Shown here: positions 48,579-57,474 of the stretch, piece after piece
How positions within the stretch are numbered: the stretch's first letter is position 1
How the letters are laid out: every line of letters starts with the position of its first letter
From: a virus
Lineage: Duplodnaviria; Caudoviricetes
Virus record (IMG/VR): IMGVR_UViG_3300025132_000036
Location: 1-60,287 of that record
Direction: 5' to 3' (one strand)
DNA: 60,287 nucleotides
Translations under genes and position numbers: made by a program
The notes under the pieces: model-generated
What the model was told of the DNA's origin: nothing
Databases searched by the model: none
What the model saw: the letters and a program-made list of their open reading frames with translations, nothing else

Positions 48579-49732
48579 GCGTCCACCCCCAAGCAGGAAG
48601 CGGCCTGCACCGCCTCGAAGTCGCACATCGCCTCGGCCTCCTTGATGGCCTCAGCCAACCGTTGCCGCGTCAGCGTCATGACGTTGTGTGCCTCGCCCAT
48701 CCGTAGGTCGGCTTGGTGCTGCTGCTTGCGGAACCAGTCCTCCGTCAGCCGCTCACGAGCACCCTTGTATTGGGTGTACGAGCGCTCCTCAATCCGGGCT
48801 TGCCGTGCGAGGTGGCGCACTTGCCGGAGGGCGTGCTCCCGCTTGCCGTTTGCTTCAAGGCCACCGTCACCCTCCAAGAGCCATTCGCACCAGTCAATCC
48901 GGTCCAACCATTGCTGAAGCGTCTTGACGCAATCACGGTGCTGCACCTGCTGACCGTACGACCCGCTCTGCGGGTTGCCGCTCGGGCTGAACGCGACCAC
49001 ACGTGCTCCGGCACGGTACAGGGCGTCGTCCTCAAGCGACAGGTTCCACGGCGCAACACAAACCGGTGTCTCGTCCATGCCTCCGTCTGCATTCGCCTGT
49101 AGGCAGATGGCCTGCATGTGGGAATGGGGGTGGTCCCACTCCGGGTTGACTAACCGCAAATGCTGCTTGCGCTGCACTCCCTTCGAGTCCACGAACCGCA
49201 CGTATTGGCGACCGAGGCGACCGGAATTCCCTTGGCTTGGGCCGGTGTGGGCGATGAAGTGCTCCAGTTCCTCGCCTGCGAGGGGCCACCGATAGGTCAT
49301 CTTGACCACATCGGAGCGTTGTGAATGTCCGAACACGAGGGGCAGGTGCTCCGGCGCAATGTGTGACTTCGCAGCACGGCGCTTGAGTTCCTCGGCCTCG
49401 GCTCGTGCAATGGCGATGGTCTGCTTCATGGAAGCGTACATGGTCGGTGCATGGGCGAGGTGGGCGGTGAGGTCCCGGCGCGAGGCTTGCTCGAAGGCAA
49501 CCTGTGCCTCCTCGTCGCTCACCTTCACGGGTCGGTTCTGACCGGGGTACGTAGGGTTGGGGTGAGGGTCGTAGCGCCACTTGTGAAAGTTCGCGCCGTA
49601 TCGGCGTGAGAACGAGAGCAGCCCTTGCAGCAGGCGGTTCGCCGTGGTGTCCTGCGTAAAGAGCAGCACCTGCGGTCGCCGCAAGGCGGGGCGGGTCTTC
49701 GGTGTGTGTATCTTGTTTGGTTGGTTTTGCAT
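48575..49732 (-). CDS. Hypothetical early protein (385 aa)
   Basis: GGAGG RBS and TTTATAT promoter; C-terminal coiled coil. Confidence 0.75.
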   Translation of the reverse strand: MQNQPNKIHTPKTRPALRRPQVLLFTQDTTANRLLQGLLSFSRRYGANFHKWRYDPHPNPTYPGQNRPVKVSDEEAQVAFEQASRRDLTAHLAHAPTMYASMKQTIAIARAEAEELKRRAAKSHIAPEHLPLVFGHSQRSDVVKMTYRWPLAGEELEHFIAHTGPSQGNSGRLGRQYVRFVDSKGVQRKQHLRLVNPEWDHPHSHMQAICLQANADGGMDETPVCVAPWNLSLEDDALYRAGARVVAFSPSGNPQSGSYGQQVQHRDCVKTLQQWLDRIDWCEWLLEGDGGLEANGKREHALRQVRHLARQARIEERSYTQYKGARERLTEDWFRKQQHQADLRMGEAHNVMTLTRQRLAEAIKEAEAMCDFEAVQAASCLGVDA

Positions 49733-49789
49733 GTTCGGGTTCCTCCGTTGTGATTGTCCGTATCGGTGGGGTGATATAAACCCTTGGGC

Positions 49790-50104
49790 TCAATCGTCGC
49801 CTCCACGGGGGTTGACCTTCAGGATGAGGCGGTCCACGCGCAGACGCTCGGCGCTCACAATCTGATGGTCGGCACGCAGCATCACGGTCGTGACGCGGCC
49901 ATGCCGGATGATGACCACGACGTTGCGGCCATTCGAGCCACACGCAGCGGTGCGGTACACGGGCAAGCGCATGGCGTACAGGGCGACGCTCTCACGTCCC
50001 CCGATATCGGGCCGCTCGGCCTTCACGATATCCCACAAGCGCTCGCGCTCGGCGTCCGTGAGCCTGTCCACCACGCGCTCACGATAGTGCTGTGTCCGCC
50101 TCAT
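49790..50104 (-). CDS. Hypothetical protein ('TQHYRERV' RelE/DUF4258-like start)
   Basis: 'TQHYRER...VVVIIRHGRVTTVM'. Confidence 0.55.
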   Translation of the reverse strand: MRRTQHYRERVVDRLTDAERERLWDIVKAERPDIGGRESVALYAMRLPVYRTAACGSNGRNVVVIIRHGRVTTVMLRADHQIVSAERLRVDRLILKVNPRGGDD

Positions 50105-50406
50105 TGGCGAATCACCACCGTCGTCCACCCTCGCTGTACGTCGCTCGACGGCACGCCGGGGTTCCTGATGGCCCCGCAGAGGCATTGGCTCGGGTTGCAC
50201 TTGGGCAAGCCGATGCACCCTTGCTTCAGGGCCATGGCGCACCGGATGGCGTGGTCCCCATCGGTATAGGACACGTCGGGGCAATCGCTTGACCGGTGGT
50301 ACACCCAAAGGGCCGTATCGGCCTGTTCGGCGGTCATGTGGGCAGGGTCGCTCGGCCAGTCGGCGTACCGGTCGGTCTGGATGCGTCGTAGGTAATACCA
50401 GTTCAA
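50101..50406 (-). CDS. Cys-rich hypothetical protein
   Basis: TTG start after GGAGGTG; C...C...C.C. Confidence 0.5.
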   Translation of the reverse strand: MNWYYLRRIQTDRYADWPSDPAHMTAEQADTALWVYHRSSDCPDVSYTDGDHAIRCAMALKQGCIGLPKCNPSQCLCGAIRNPGVPSSDVQRGWTTVVIRQ

Positions 50407-51833
50407 GCCACCACCTCCGCACGGACACGACCACCAAGGGTGGTCTGCTTGTTGCCCCTGAACTCGCCGTGACGCTTGACCTTGCCCGTCACCTTGTGTG
50501 CGCCCAAGCCGGGCGGTGCGGTGGTGAACCACGACACATGGTTGCCCTCCGTGGTCACGAAGGACACGGCGTTGGAGCGTCCGTATGAGCCGTCGAAGGG
50601 GCGCACGGCGGTGACCTCACCGGTCAGCGTCACCTTGTCCCCCACAGAGCCGATGTGCTCGGAGGCCACCCCGTCCACCGCAGGCAGGCGCTCAGCGAGT
50701 GCCTCACGGGCCTCGCGCTTGAGGTTGCGGCGATAGCCGGAGATGGCTCCCATGAACAGGTTGCACGTCTTGAGGGTCACGACACCGGCTTGGAGCACCG
50801 CACGCAGGGAGGCTCCGAAGGAGCCGGTGGCGGCTCGCATGGAGTCGAGCAGCCCCTCGGGTGTGCCGAACCACGCAGGCTCGTCCCCACGGTCAGGCAG
50901 GTCGTACGCCGCCAAGGGCCACACCTCGATGTGCTCCTCAGCGATGGTCGGAATCATGTGGGGTCGCTCGTCAGGGTCACGAACGGCGTACCGAAGGCTT
51001 GTCTGGTTGGCCTTCAGCGTGTTGTTCCAGTACCGGGTCGTCGCTCGGGGGTTCGGGGGTGTCCACACACCACCGTGCTCGTCCACGAACATGCGCTCGT
51101 GGTCGAACAGGAGGCGACCACGGCCACGGGCATATGACTCGCCTTGCAGGAGCATGGTGAGGCGCACGGCCTCCGTGACCTCAGCGACCTTGCGTTGGCG
51201 TCGTCCGCCGTAAGAGAAGCCGTCCCACATGAGGGTCCGCACGTTCACCATGTTCATGGCCATGTCGCCGGTCACGCCCATGTAGTCGAACAGGCACGAG
51301 GTGCCGATGTTGCGTACCTCGCCTGTGTCCTTGTGGCGCAGCAGCACGGTCTTGAGCCGACCACGGGCACCGGAGGTGCAATGGTCACACCGGTCGTGGA
51401 ACACGACGGCAGGTCCCTCACGGGTACGCACGGTCGGCACGTACGAGGGCATGTCCTCGTGTCCCTGCTCGTCCGGGGCGGCACGCCACACACCGGGGCG
51501 TGACCCCGATTCGTTGGGGTTGGCGGGCTCGACGGTGCCGAGGATGGTCCACGGGGTGTCTGCACCGGGCCAATGGGCCACGGTCACGTCCCTGACCATG
51601 CGGCCGTACGTGTCCTCGCTGATGGGCAGGTATGAGCGGCGACGACGCCACCCGGAAATGCGGGTCTTCAGCACCTTGGCGGTGATGGTCTCAAGGTACG
51701 GGTCACCGACCTCGTACGTGAGCGGGGTCGCACCACGGCGCTCGGACATGCCCACGAGGCGCTTCAGGAGCGACTCCACGTGGTCCCACACGGCCATGGG
51801 CACGGTGTACGTCACGGGTCCGTCCTCAGTCAT
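50403..51833 (-). CDS. Phage-type protein with Zn site and C-terminal OB fold
   Basis: 'CDHC...R.R.KT...IGTSCL.DY.G'; C-terminal 'HIGSVGDKV...GKVKRH.EFRG.KQT'. Confidence 0.75.
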   Translation of the reverse strand: MTEDGPVTYTVPMAVWDHVESLLKRLVGMSERRGATPLTYEVGDPYLETITAKVLKTRISGWRRRRSYLPISEDTYGRMVRDVTVAHWPGADTPWTILGTVEPANPNESGSRPGVWRAAPDEQGHEDMPSYVPTVRTREGPAVVFHDRCDHCTSGARGRLKTVLLRHKDTGEVRNIGTSCLFDYMGVTGDMAMNMVNVRTLMWDGFSYGGRRQRKVAEVTEAVRLTMLLQGESYARGRGRLLFDHERMFVDEHGGVWTPPNPRATTRYWNNTLKANQTSLRYAVRDPDERPHMIPTIAEEHIEVWPLAAYDLPDRGDEPAWFGTPEGLLDSMRAATGSFGASLRAVLQAGVVTLKTCNLFMGAISGYRRNLKREAREALAERLPAVDGVASEHIGSVGDKVTLTGEVTAVRPFDGSYGRSNAVSFVTTEGNHVSWFTTAPPGLGAHKVTGKVKRHGEFRGNKQTTLGGRVRAEVVA

Positions 51834-51958
51834 GCGTCCACCTCATCAGCACAGTCCTCGCACAGAGAGCGCGACCATCCGTCTGCTCCCTTGACCATGA
51901 TGTGAAGGTCTTCGTGGACCTGTTGGTTGCATCCGACGCAAAGGTAGTCTCGGCTCAT
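51830..51958 (-). CDS. Zn-finger microprotein (42 aa)
   Basis: CVGC...CEDC. Confidence 0.6.
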   Translation of the reverse strand: MSRDYLCVGCNQQVHEDLHIMVKGADGWSRSLCEDCADEVDA

Positions 51959-52089
51959 GCGTCCACCTCCTCGCAAGCGGGGCAGAAGCCGCCACCGTAC
52001 GTGATATCCCTTCGGCAACCGTCACACACGAGAACGCTGATGGCGTCCACACCGTCGGGGGTCATGCCGACCGTCATCCACGTGCTCAT
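51955..52089 (-). CDS. Zn-finger microprotein (44 aa)
   Basis: CDGC...CPAC. Confidence 0.6.
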   Translation of the reverse strand: MSTWMTVGMTPDGVDAISVLVCDGCRRDITYGGGFCPACEEVDA

Positions 52090-52655
52090 CCGAGCACCTC
52101 CGCATGGAAGTCCGGGGTACGGACATGGAGGGAACGGAGGCCGGGGGCACCGTTGACGACCCAATCGCCGTCGTAGCGCGGGTCTGTGGGGTCATGCAGG
52201 CTCACATGGGCAACGAAGCCGATTTCGGTACGGTGTTGGGCCAAGTGAATGCTCGTCCACCTCTGCTCGATGGCTTCGCCATCCTTGACCACGTACCCTG
52301 CATCCACGAGGGCGGCGCACCATCCGGGCAAGTCATCGGCCGAGAAGTTCAGTTCGTCCGTGAAGGAGCGGGGTCGCATGGGTCCCTTGCTCACTTGCGC
52401 ACCCCCACGAGGGTGAACGAGCCGCTCGCCATTGAGGGTGCGGTCCATCGGAGCACGGTGAACTTTGGGTCGGCTGAACTCACGAAGGAAGCCACGGAGT
52501 GGCGGCGCAAGTTCGTGACCACGGTCTTGTGGTTCCGGTGATGCGGATTCGGAGAATCCGAAATCCACGTCACGACTCGGGATGGAGTCTCGACAACGTG
52601 GAGGGCGGTCGGTGGGTTGGGGCGTGTTGGTTCTGCGGTTCGTCGCATGGTTCAT
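52086..52655 (-). CDS. Hypothetical protein (start uncertain; could be near 52379)
   Basis: Open frame downstream of the promoter at 52671-52680. Confidence 0.5.
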   Translation of the reverse strand: MNHATNRRTNTPQPTDRPPRCRDSIPSRDVDFGFSESASPEPQDRGHELAPPLRGFLREFSRPKVHRAPMDRTLNGERLVHPRGGAQVSKGPMRPRSFTDELNFSADDLPGWCAALVDAGYVVKDGEAIEQRWTSIHLAQHRTEIGFVAHVSLHDPTDPRYDGDWVVNGAPGLRSLHVRTPDFHAEVLG

Positions 52656-53276
52656 CGGAGCAGCGGGAGGGATATAAACCTGTGGCCGTTGGGTCGGTTA
52701 TAAGGGGCAGGGTGGTGAACCGATAGGTTGCGCCGATGGAGAGGGCTATGTTGAGGTCGTCTATGGGCCGGTCGGTGCCGGGATGGCCGACGGGGCGGAG
52801 AAACGAGCCTCTCGCTATAAGCACGTACTCGCGTACGCGATTAGGGTAGTCCCCCGCACGAGCGTATGCCCTACCCATCCACAGGCAACGGCGACGATTT
52901 TCAGGCCGGGGTCTTTCCCTGAATTTGGGGCGAAATTCGGTTTGATACCCGTACGTGGTGGTGGAATGGCCCTCAGCCATTCCCGTACATGCGGCGCACA
53001 GGCGCGTACCCGCCTACAGGAATTGGTGGTCACACCAATTCCCCACTTTTCGGAAAACCGACCTCTCCTCAGATGGCCCCCGCGCAAAGTCTTCCTTAAG
53101 ACTGGCCGCAGAAAAAAAAGCGATACCCTCCACTTGATATTTCGGAGTTGGGTGTGCTGTTTCATAAACTACGTGAAAAGCGGACAATCAGCGTCAATCT
53201 GCACAAATCCCCTGTATGGTCGCGCCAAGCGGCGTTAGGGTGCGTGATGCACCGGGAGCGCAGGGGGATTCACACC

Positions 53277-53315
53277 CTATCTGCACTTAGCGCAACGGCA
53301 GTTCTGCGGGCACAT
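53277..53315 (-). CDS. 12-aa Cys-rich micropeptide MCPQNCRCAKCR
   Basis: Strong AGGAGGTGA RBS 4 nt upstream of the ATG. Confidence 0.4.
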   Translation of the reverse strand: MCPQNCRCAKCR

Positions 53316-53319
53316 CTTA

Positions 53320-53662
53320 TCACCTCCTGTGTGCTTGTGAATGCGGGGGACCCCCCGATGCCGCAGCACCGAGGGGTCCGGTCTCACCTGTCGTAATGCA
53401 GGCGTGTTGTGTTGGGGACGGACGGGTGGTTCACCACCGGGGCCACATCTCGTTGGCGCTCTTGAGCCAAAGGTGCGGTCCCTCTTGTCCGTCTGTGCCG
53501 ACGCCCATGAAGGCTTCAACGGCTGCGGTGACGATTTGACTTCGCTCAAAGCCATGCTTCGAGCAATAGTCGTCAATCATCATTCGCACCCAGTCGGGTA
53601 CTTCAATGGACACCGGGTCGGTTTCGTTGTTCGTTATGTTTTCACCTCCTGTGTGCTTGTGA
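53320..53662. repeat. 21-bp direct repeat TCACCTCCTGTGTGCTTGTGA (53320-53340 and 53642-53662)
   Basis: Exact match; contains the RBS on the - strand. Confidence 0.9.
53431..53637 (-). CDS. Ribbon-helix-helix transcription regulator (start ATA 53637 or GTG 53613)
   Basis: 'VSIEVPDWVRMMIDDYCSKHGFERSQIVTAAVEAFM' RHH pattern; AGGAGGTGA RBS. Confidence 0.7.
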   Translation of the reverse strand: MTNNETDPVSIEVPDWVRMMIDDYCSKHGFERSQIVTAAVEAFMGVGTDGQEGPHLWLKSANEMWPRW

Positions 53663-53786
53663 GTAGGGGGCTGTTGTTGTCCCGGTCAGCCTCCGGGCGG
53701 TGGGTCTCACCGATTGGGCGCGGCGTGATGCCGCCTGTACCCTTGTTGGGGTACCTTGTTAGTACACGTCAGGGCGAATGCCTACC

Positions 53787-54422
53787 TCAGTAGGACACGG
53801 GCGCTTCAGGCCAGAAGTCCGTCAGGTCGAGCGAGTCCACCCGAAGATGGTACTGGTTCTCGGTCATCAGGGAATGGATGCCGCCAACCTGCTTCCAGTC
53901 GAACATCGGCTCGGGGATGCAGGCGTAGGCTTCGGCCATGATTTCCACGGTCCCGTCGGGCAGGGGCATGGGGTCATAGTGGGGGGAAGCCCACTCATCC
54001 ACACCGAACCAAACGGTTCCGGGTTGCACACGCACCGGGAGCCAGAGGCGACCGAAGTCCGCCATCTGTTCGGCTTTGAGCCGCGCGGCCTCCGTCAGGG
54101 CGTTGACGATGGGCTTTGGAAGCCACACCATTTCGGCGGTGTTGACGCCGAACGTCTTGCCTTCGGGATGGTTTGGCCGGTAGCGGTTGGGGTTCGCCGA
54201 GTCAAAGAGCCCAAAGGACTCGTTGCGGACGAACGCGAGCAACCGCTGGGTGCTCCACCATTCTTGGTGCGTCGTGGTCATGTCCGGCGCAAAATGGCCG
54301 GAACCGGTTGGTGGCGTCAGGAAGGACACCAACCACATGACGTGCAAGCGCACGTTTTCAATCAGTCCCACGCTTGCTGCGTGGGAAGCATTCACCTCGT
54401 TCTGTACAGTCTTCTCAGACAT
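53787..54422 (-). CDS. Hypothetical protein (211 aa)
   Basis: ORF on the coding strand after a structured intergenic region. Confidence 0.65.
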   Translation of the reverse strand: MSEKTVQNEVNASHAASVGLIENVRLHVMWLVSFLTPPTGSGHFAPDMTTTHQEWWSTQRLLAFVRNESFGLFDSANPNRYRPNHPEGKTFGVNTAEMVWLPKPIVNALTEAARLKAEQMADFGRLWLPVRVQPGTVWFGVDEWASPHYDPMPLPDGTVEIMAEAYACIPEPMFDWKQVGGIHSLMTENQYHLRVDSLDLTDFWPEAPVSY

Positions 54423-54645
54423 GTGGTGCTGCCTGCCCCCTGAAGGGCAGAACAGTCACCTGTTGAGAAGGGGTGGCCACAGGGATGGCCGATGCTCACC
54501 CTGAATCTGCCCTTGCGGGCTTACTCGGCTTCGTTGAGAGGCCGGAGACTTGGGGGGGCTACCCACCCCGGCATTCCGGGCGAGGGTGGGTAGCGGTCTC
54601 GTCAGTCACAATGCTGACGTGTGTGCGTGTTGACGCTTACTCTGC

Positions 54646-57474
54646 TCAGCGGAGCCAACGCATGTCGCGGTAGTCGTCCGTCGCCCAGTTCCACTTCTCG
54701 GAGAAGAAGTCCTCGTCCAGAGACTGGTCGAGGTGGTCACGGGCGTGGCCGGCCGCAAGGTCTGCGTCTGCATCACGGTAGTCGCCCTTGGCGACCCACG
54801 ACCAATCAAGGTCTTGTTGGGACCAGATATCCACGTACAGGGAGCGGGGCAGTTCGTATTCCACAATGTGGTCCTCGTCCACCGCCGTTTGTCCCCGGTG
54901 CGTGTTTGCGTCGTAGCCGTCGTACCACTCGCCTTCATGGATGAAGGGAGGCCATCCGACGTAACCGAAGTCAGCCACACCTGCCTCGATGGCCGCGTCC
55001 TGCGCGGCAACTTGAAGCGCGTTGCGGTCAGCAACGGACACCTTGGGCGTCAGGTCAAGCGCACAGTTGTCCGCATTGCCGGAGGCTTTGCGGGGCTTGC
55101 TCCACGACCAACGGGTGTTTTGCCCGTAGGTGGTGGCGTAGGTGCGCCAGTCGTACGACGTGGCTGCGGTCTGGGCCGAGCCGGCAATGTCGCGGGAGGT
55201 AATCGCACCCGAAGGCGTGATTGTGTAGTGGCGACCAATGACGCATTCGTACACGGAAGCCAGTTCCTTGCCGAAGGCGTCTTCGAGGTGCGCGGTAGTG
55301 CTGCCGACCACAACAGGACCGGTGGTCTTGTCGCGGAGCCGACCGAACGAGAGTGGGTTGCCCCCGTTCGTCCAGAAGTGCAGGTGGTCAGGTTGGTCGC
55401 GGTCTGCCCAGATGAGGGACATGCTGCCCTTTGCGTACTTGACTACGGTTTCAATGCCGCCCACCTCGAGGGCTGCGGCCACCGCTTGAGAGTCAACATC
55501 GCCAGTTGGCTCGACCTTGATTCCTGCCCACACGTCTTCGTAGTTGTGAACGACGCCGTTGTGGACCAACACCACGCGCTCGTTGTGAGAGGCGTGGGGG
55601 TGCGCGTTTTCGGGCGTGTTTGCACCGTGCGTTGCGTACCGCGTGTGGACCATGGACCAGTTGATGTTCGTCTGCCCGAGTTGCTTGACCGTCTTGGCGG
55701 TGTACTTCTCGAGCGACTCGGCATGTGCAGCGACGCGCCATGTACGCAGGCCGTCCTTGCTGCGGATAGCCCACCCGGCTGCTTGTCCACCCCGCGAGGC
55801 GAGGAGGGTGTGCAACTTGGCGAGCCACTTGCCCTTGACGAACTTGCGGTTGTTTGCACGGTGGATGGCTCCAATGCCGCAGCCCACAATCAGGGCAGCG
55901 GCGGCAACCCATGAGCCGAAGCCCATGAGAAGGGACAAGAGTCCGAGCGCCGTGGCGTCCAACGAAAACTGGGACCACGAGAGGTGGTCGTCTGGGTCTT
56001 GGCCTGCGGCCTCCGCACAGCGCGTACAACCGCCTCGGAAGTACACAACGCTGAGTTCCGTATCTTGAGGGGTGAGTTCAAGGGTACAACCGAACTGCTC
56101 GTGCATGTATTCCTGAACACCCAAGGTGGCCAGTTCAGACCCGCAATCGTCGCATTGGATGTAGGGGTGCGCTTCGTACAGGGCATTGCGTCGTTCCACC
56201 GACAGTTGGTCGAGGTAGTACATGCGGCCGGGCACCCACAGGGAGTCCCCACCGCTCATCAGGCCCTGCAACGTCGCCGTGTTTGCGGTAGCGAGGGTTG
56301 GGTCTGTGTCCATCCATGGCCACTCGGGCTCAGGACCCTCATTCGCAAGGTGACGTGCGCGTGCTTCCCAGAACTGCATCTCCGGGTCATCCTCGGACAG
56401 ACCGAGGTAGTCCCGAATAGCAGCGATGCTGCTGAAGTAGGAGTCGCGTGTCTGAACGCTGCGGCGTTTCTTGGTCACATGACCGGCCGCCCAGTCCCAC
56501 CACGCATCTTCATCCATGGAACGCTGCACCATCAGGTAGCACAGTCGAATCCATGCGTACATCTTGTTCGAGTTCACGGTGCCTTGGTGGAGTCGGAACT
56601 CCACGGTGCCGTAACTTTCGAGGCAGGTCAGACGGACAGGCAGGTACCGGTCAGTACCGATGACCCGCCAAATGTCGCTGTACACGGCGCTCTTGACGTT
56701 GGGGTTCATCTCTGAGAGCGGCTTGTCCTTGGACCATCCGAACAGAGACTTCATGCCCCGTGGGTTGCTGTTGTCGAGCGCCTTTGCGACCTTCACCGTC
56801 TTGCTCGTCGGGCTGTAGTGGGTGTCGGGTCCTGCGGCACTCTTGATATCCCGTAGGTTCCGAGCGCCGGAGTAACTGTTGATGCCCGTCTTGGTGCGAC
56901 GGCTTGGGCTGACGATTGACTCGAAAGCACCAAACAAAATGTAGTACGCAATCGCAGTACGCATTCCCACACCCTTTGCCTGCTCGAAGGACACGGGGCC
57001 GTTGTTGTTGTTGTCGAAAGACCCGTTGTGGTCACGCAGCCCGATGTGGACGTGCATGCCGCACGAGGTATCAACCCCGAGCACTCCTGAAGCAGAGCGA
57101 CCAATGGCCCGCACGTAGTTTCGGATTCGTCCCCAACCGTGAAGCGGGGGAGACACGATTTCCGCGCTGCCGTACGACCCGCCGTTGAGCGAGGAGTCGG
57201 TGACGATTTTGGTATTCGTCATGGTACGATGTGAGTACCCCTCGTCTTGTGCGTGGACGTAGCCGTCGCTCGTCATGCGCAGGTACTGCGCAAGGGTGAC
57301 GTTGTTGAACTCAGCGGCCCGCTTGCGGACCTCCAGTTCCAACCCCGCTCGAGCGACCATTCGGTCGTGGTGCTTGGTTCCAATCCAAGCGACGCCAACT
57401 GCTGCCGTGAGCACAAAGGCCCAGAGCATGGGAAGCAGAGTAAGCGCCATGTTAATGTCTGTGGTTGCAGACAT
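54646..57474 (-). CDS. Amidoligase (COOH-NH2 ligase) fused to class II glutamine amidotransferase, with hydrophobic segments
   Basis: GLELE, 'VTDSSL', 'EIVSPPL', 'SCGMHVH', 'TVEFRLHQGT'; then CGI, 'SRG..AAG', 'HTRYATHG', 'NAHP', 'HNG', 'VDSQ'. Confidence 0.9.
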   Translation of the reverse strand: MSATTDINMALTLLPMLWAFVLTAAVGVAWIGTKHHDRMVARAGLELEVRKRAAEFNNVTLAQYLRMTSDGYVHAQDEGYSHRTMTNTKIVTDSSLNGGSYGSAEIVSPPLHGWGRIRNYVRAIGRSASGVLGVDTSCGMHVHIGLRDHNGSFDNNNNGPVSFEQAKGVGMRTAIAYYILFGAFESIVSPSRRTKTGINSYSGARNLRDIKSAAGPDTHYSPTSKTVKVAKALDNSNPRGMKSLFGWSKDKPLSEMNPNVKSAVYSDIWRVIGTDRYLPVRLTCLESYGTVEFRLHQGTVNSNKMYAWIRLCYLMVQRSMDEDAWWDWAAGHVTKKRRSVQTRDSYFSSIAAIRDYLGLSEDDPEMQFWEARARHLANEGPEPEWPWMDTDPTLATANTATLQGLMSGGDSLWVPGRMYYLDQLSVERRNALYEAHPYIQCDDCGSELATLGVQEYMHEQFGCTLELTPQDTELSVVYFRGGCTRCAEAAGQDPDDHLSWSQFSLDATALGLLSLLMGFGSWVAAAALIVGCGIGAIHRANNRKFVKGKWLAKLHTLLASRGGQAAGWAIRSKDGLRTWRVAAHAESLEKYTAKTVKQLGQTNINWSMVHTRYATHGANTPENAHPHASHNERVVLVHNGVVHNYEDVWAGIKVEPTGDVDSQAVAAALEVGGIETVVKYAKGSMSLIWADRDQPDHLHFWTNGGNPLSFGRLRDKTTGPVVVGSTTAHLEDAFGKELASVYECVIGRHYTITPSGAITSRDIAGSAQTAATSYDWRTYATTYGQNTRWSWSKPRKASGNADNCALDLTPKVSVADRNALQVAAQDAAIEAGVADFGYVGWPPFIHEGEWYDGYDANTHRGQTAVDEDHIVEYELPRSLYVDIWSQQDLDWSWVAKGDYRDADADLAAGHARDHLDQSLDEDFFSEKWNWATDDYRDMRWLR

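Noticed and set aside
54560-54610. CUGACGA on the - strand as a hammerhead ribozyme core
   Set aside because: No GAAA follows the candidate stem II and stems I/III could not be built
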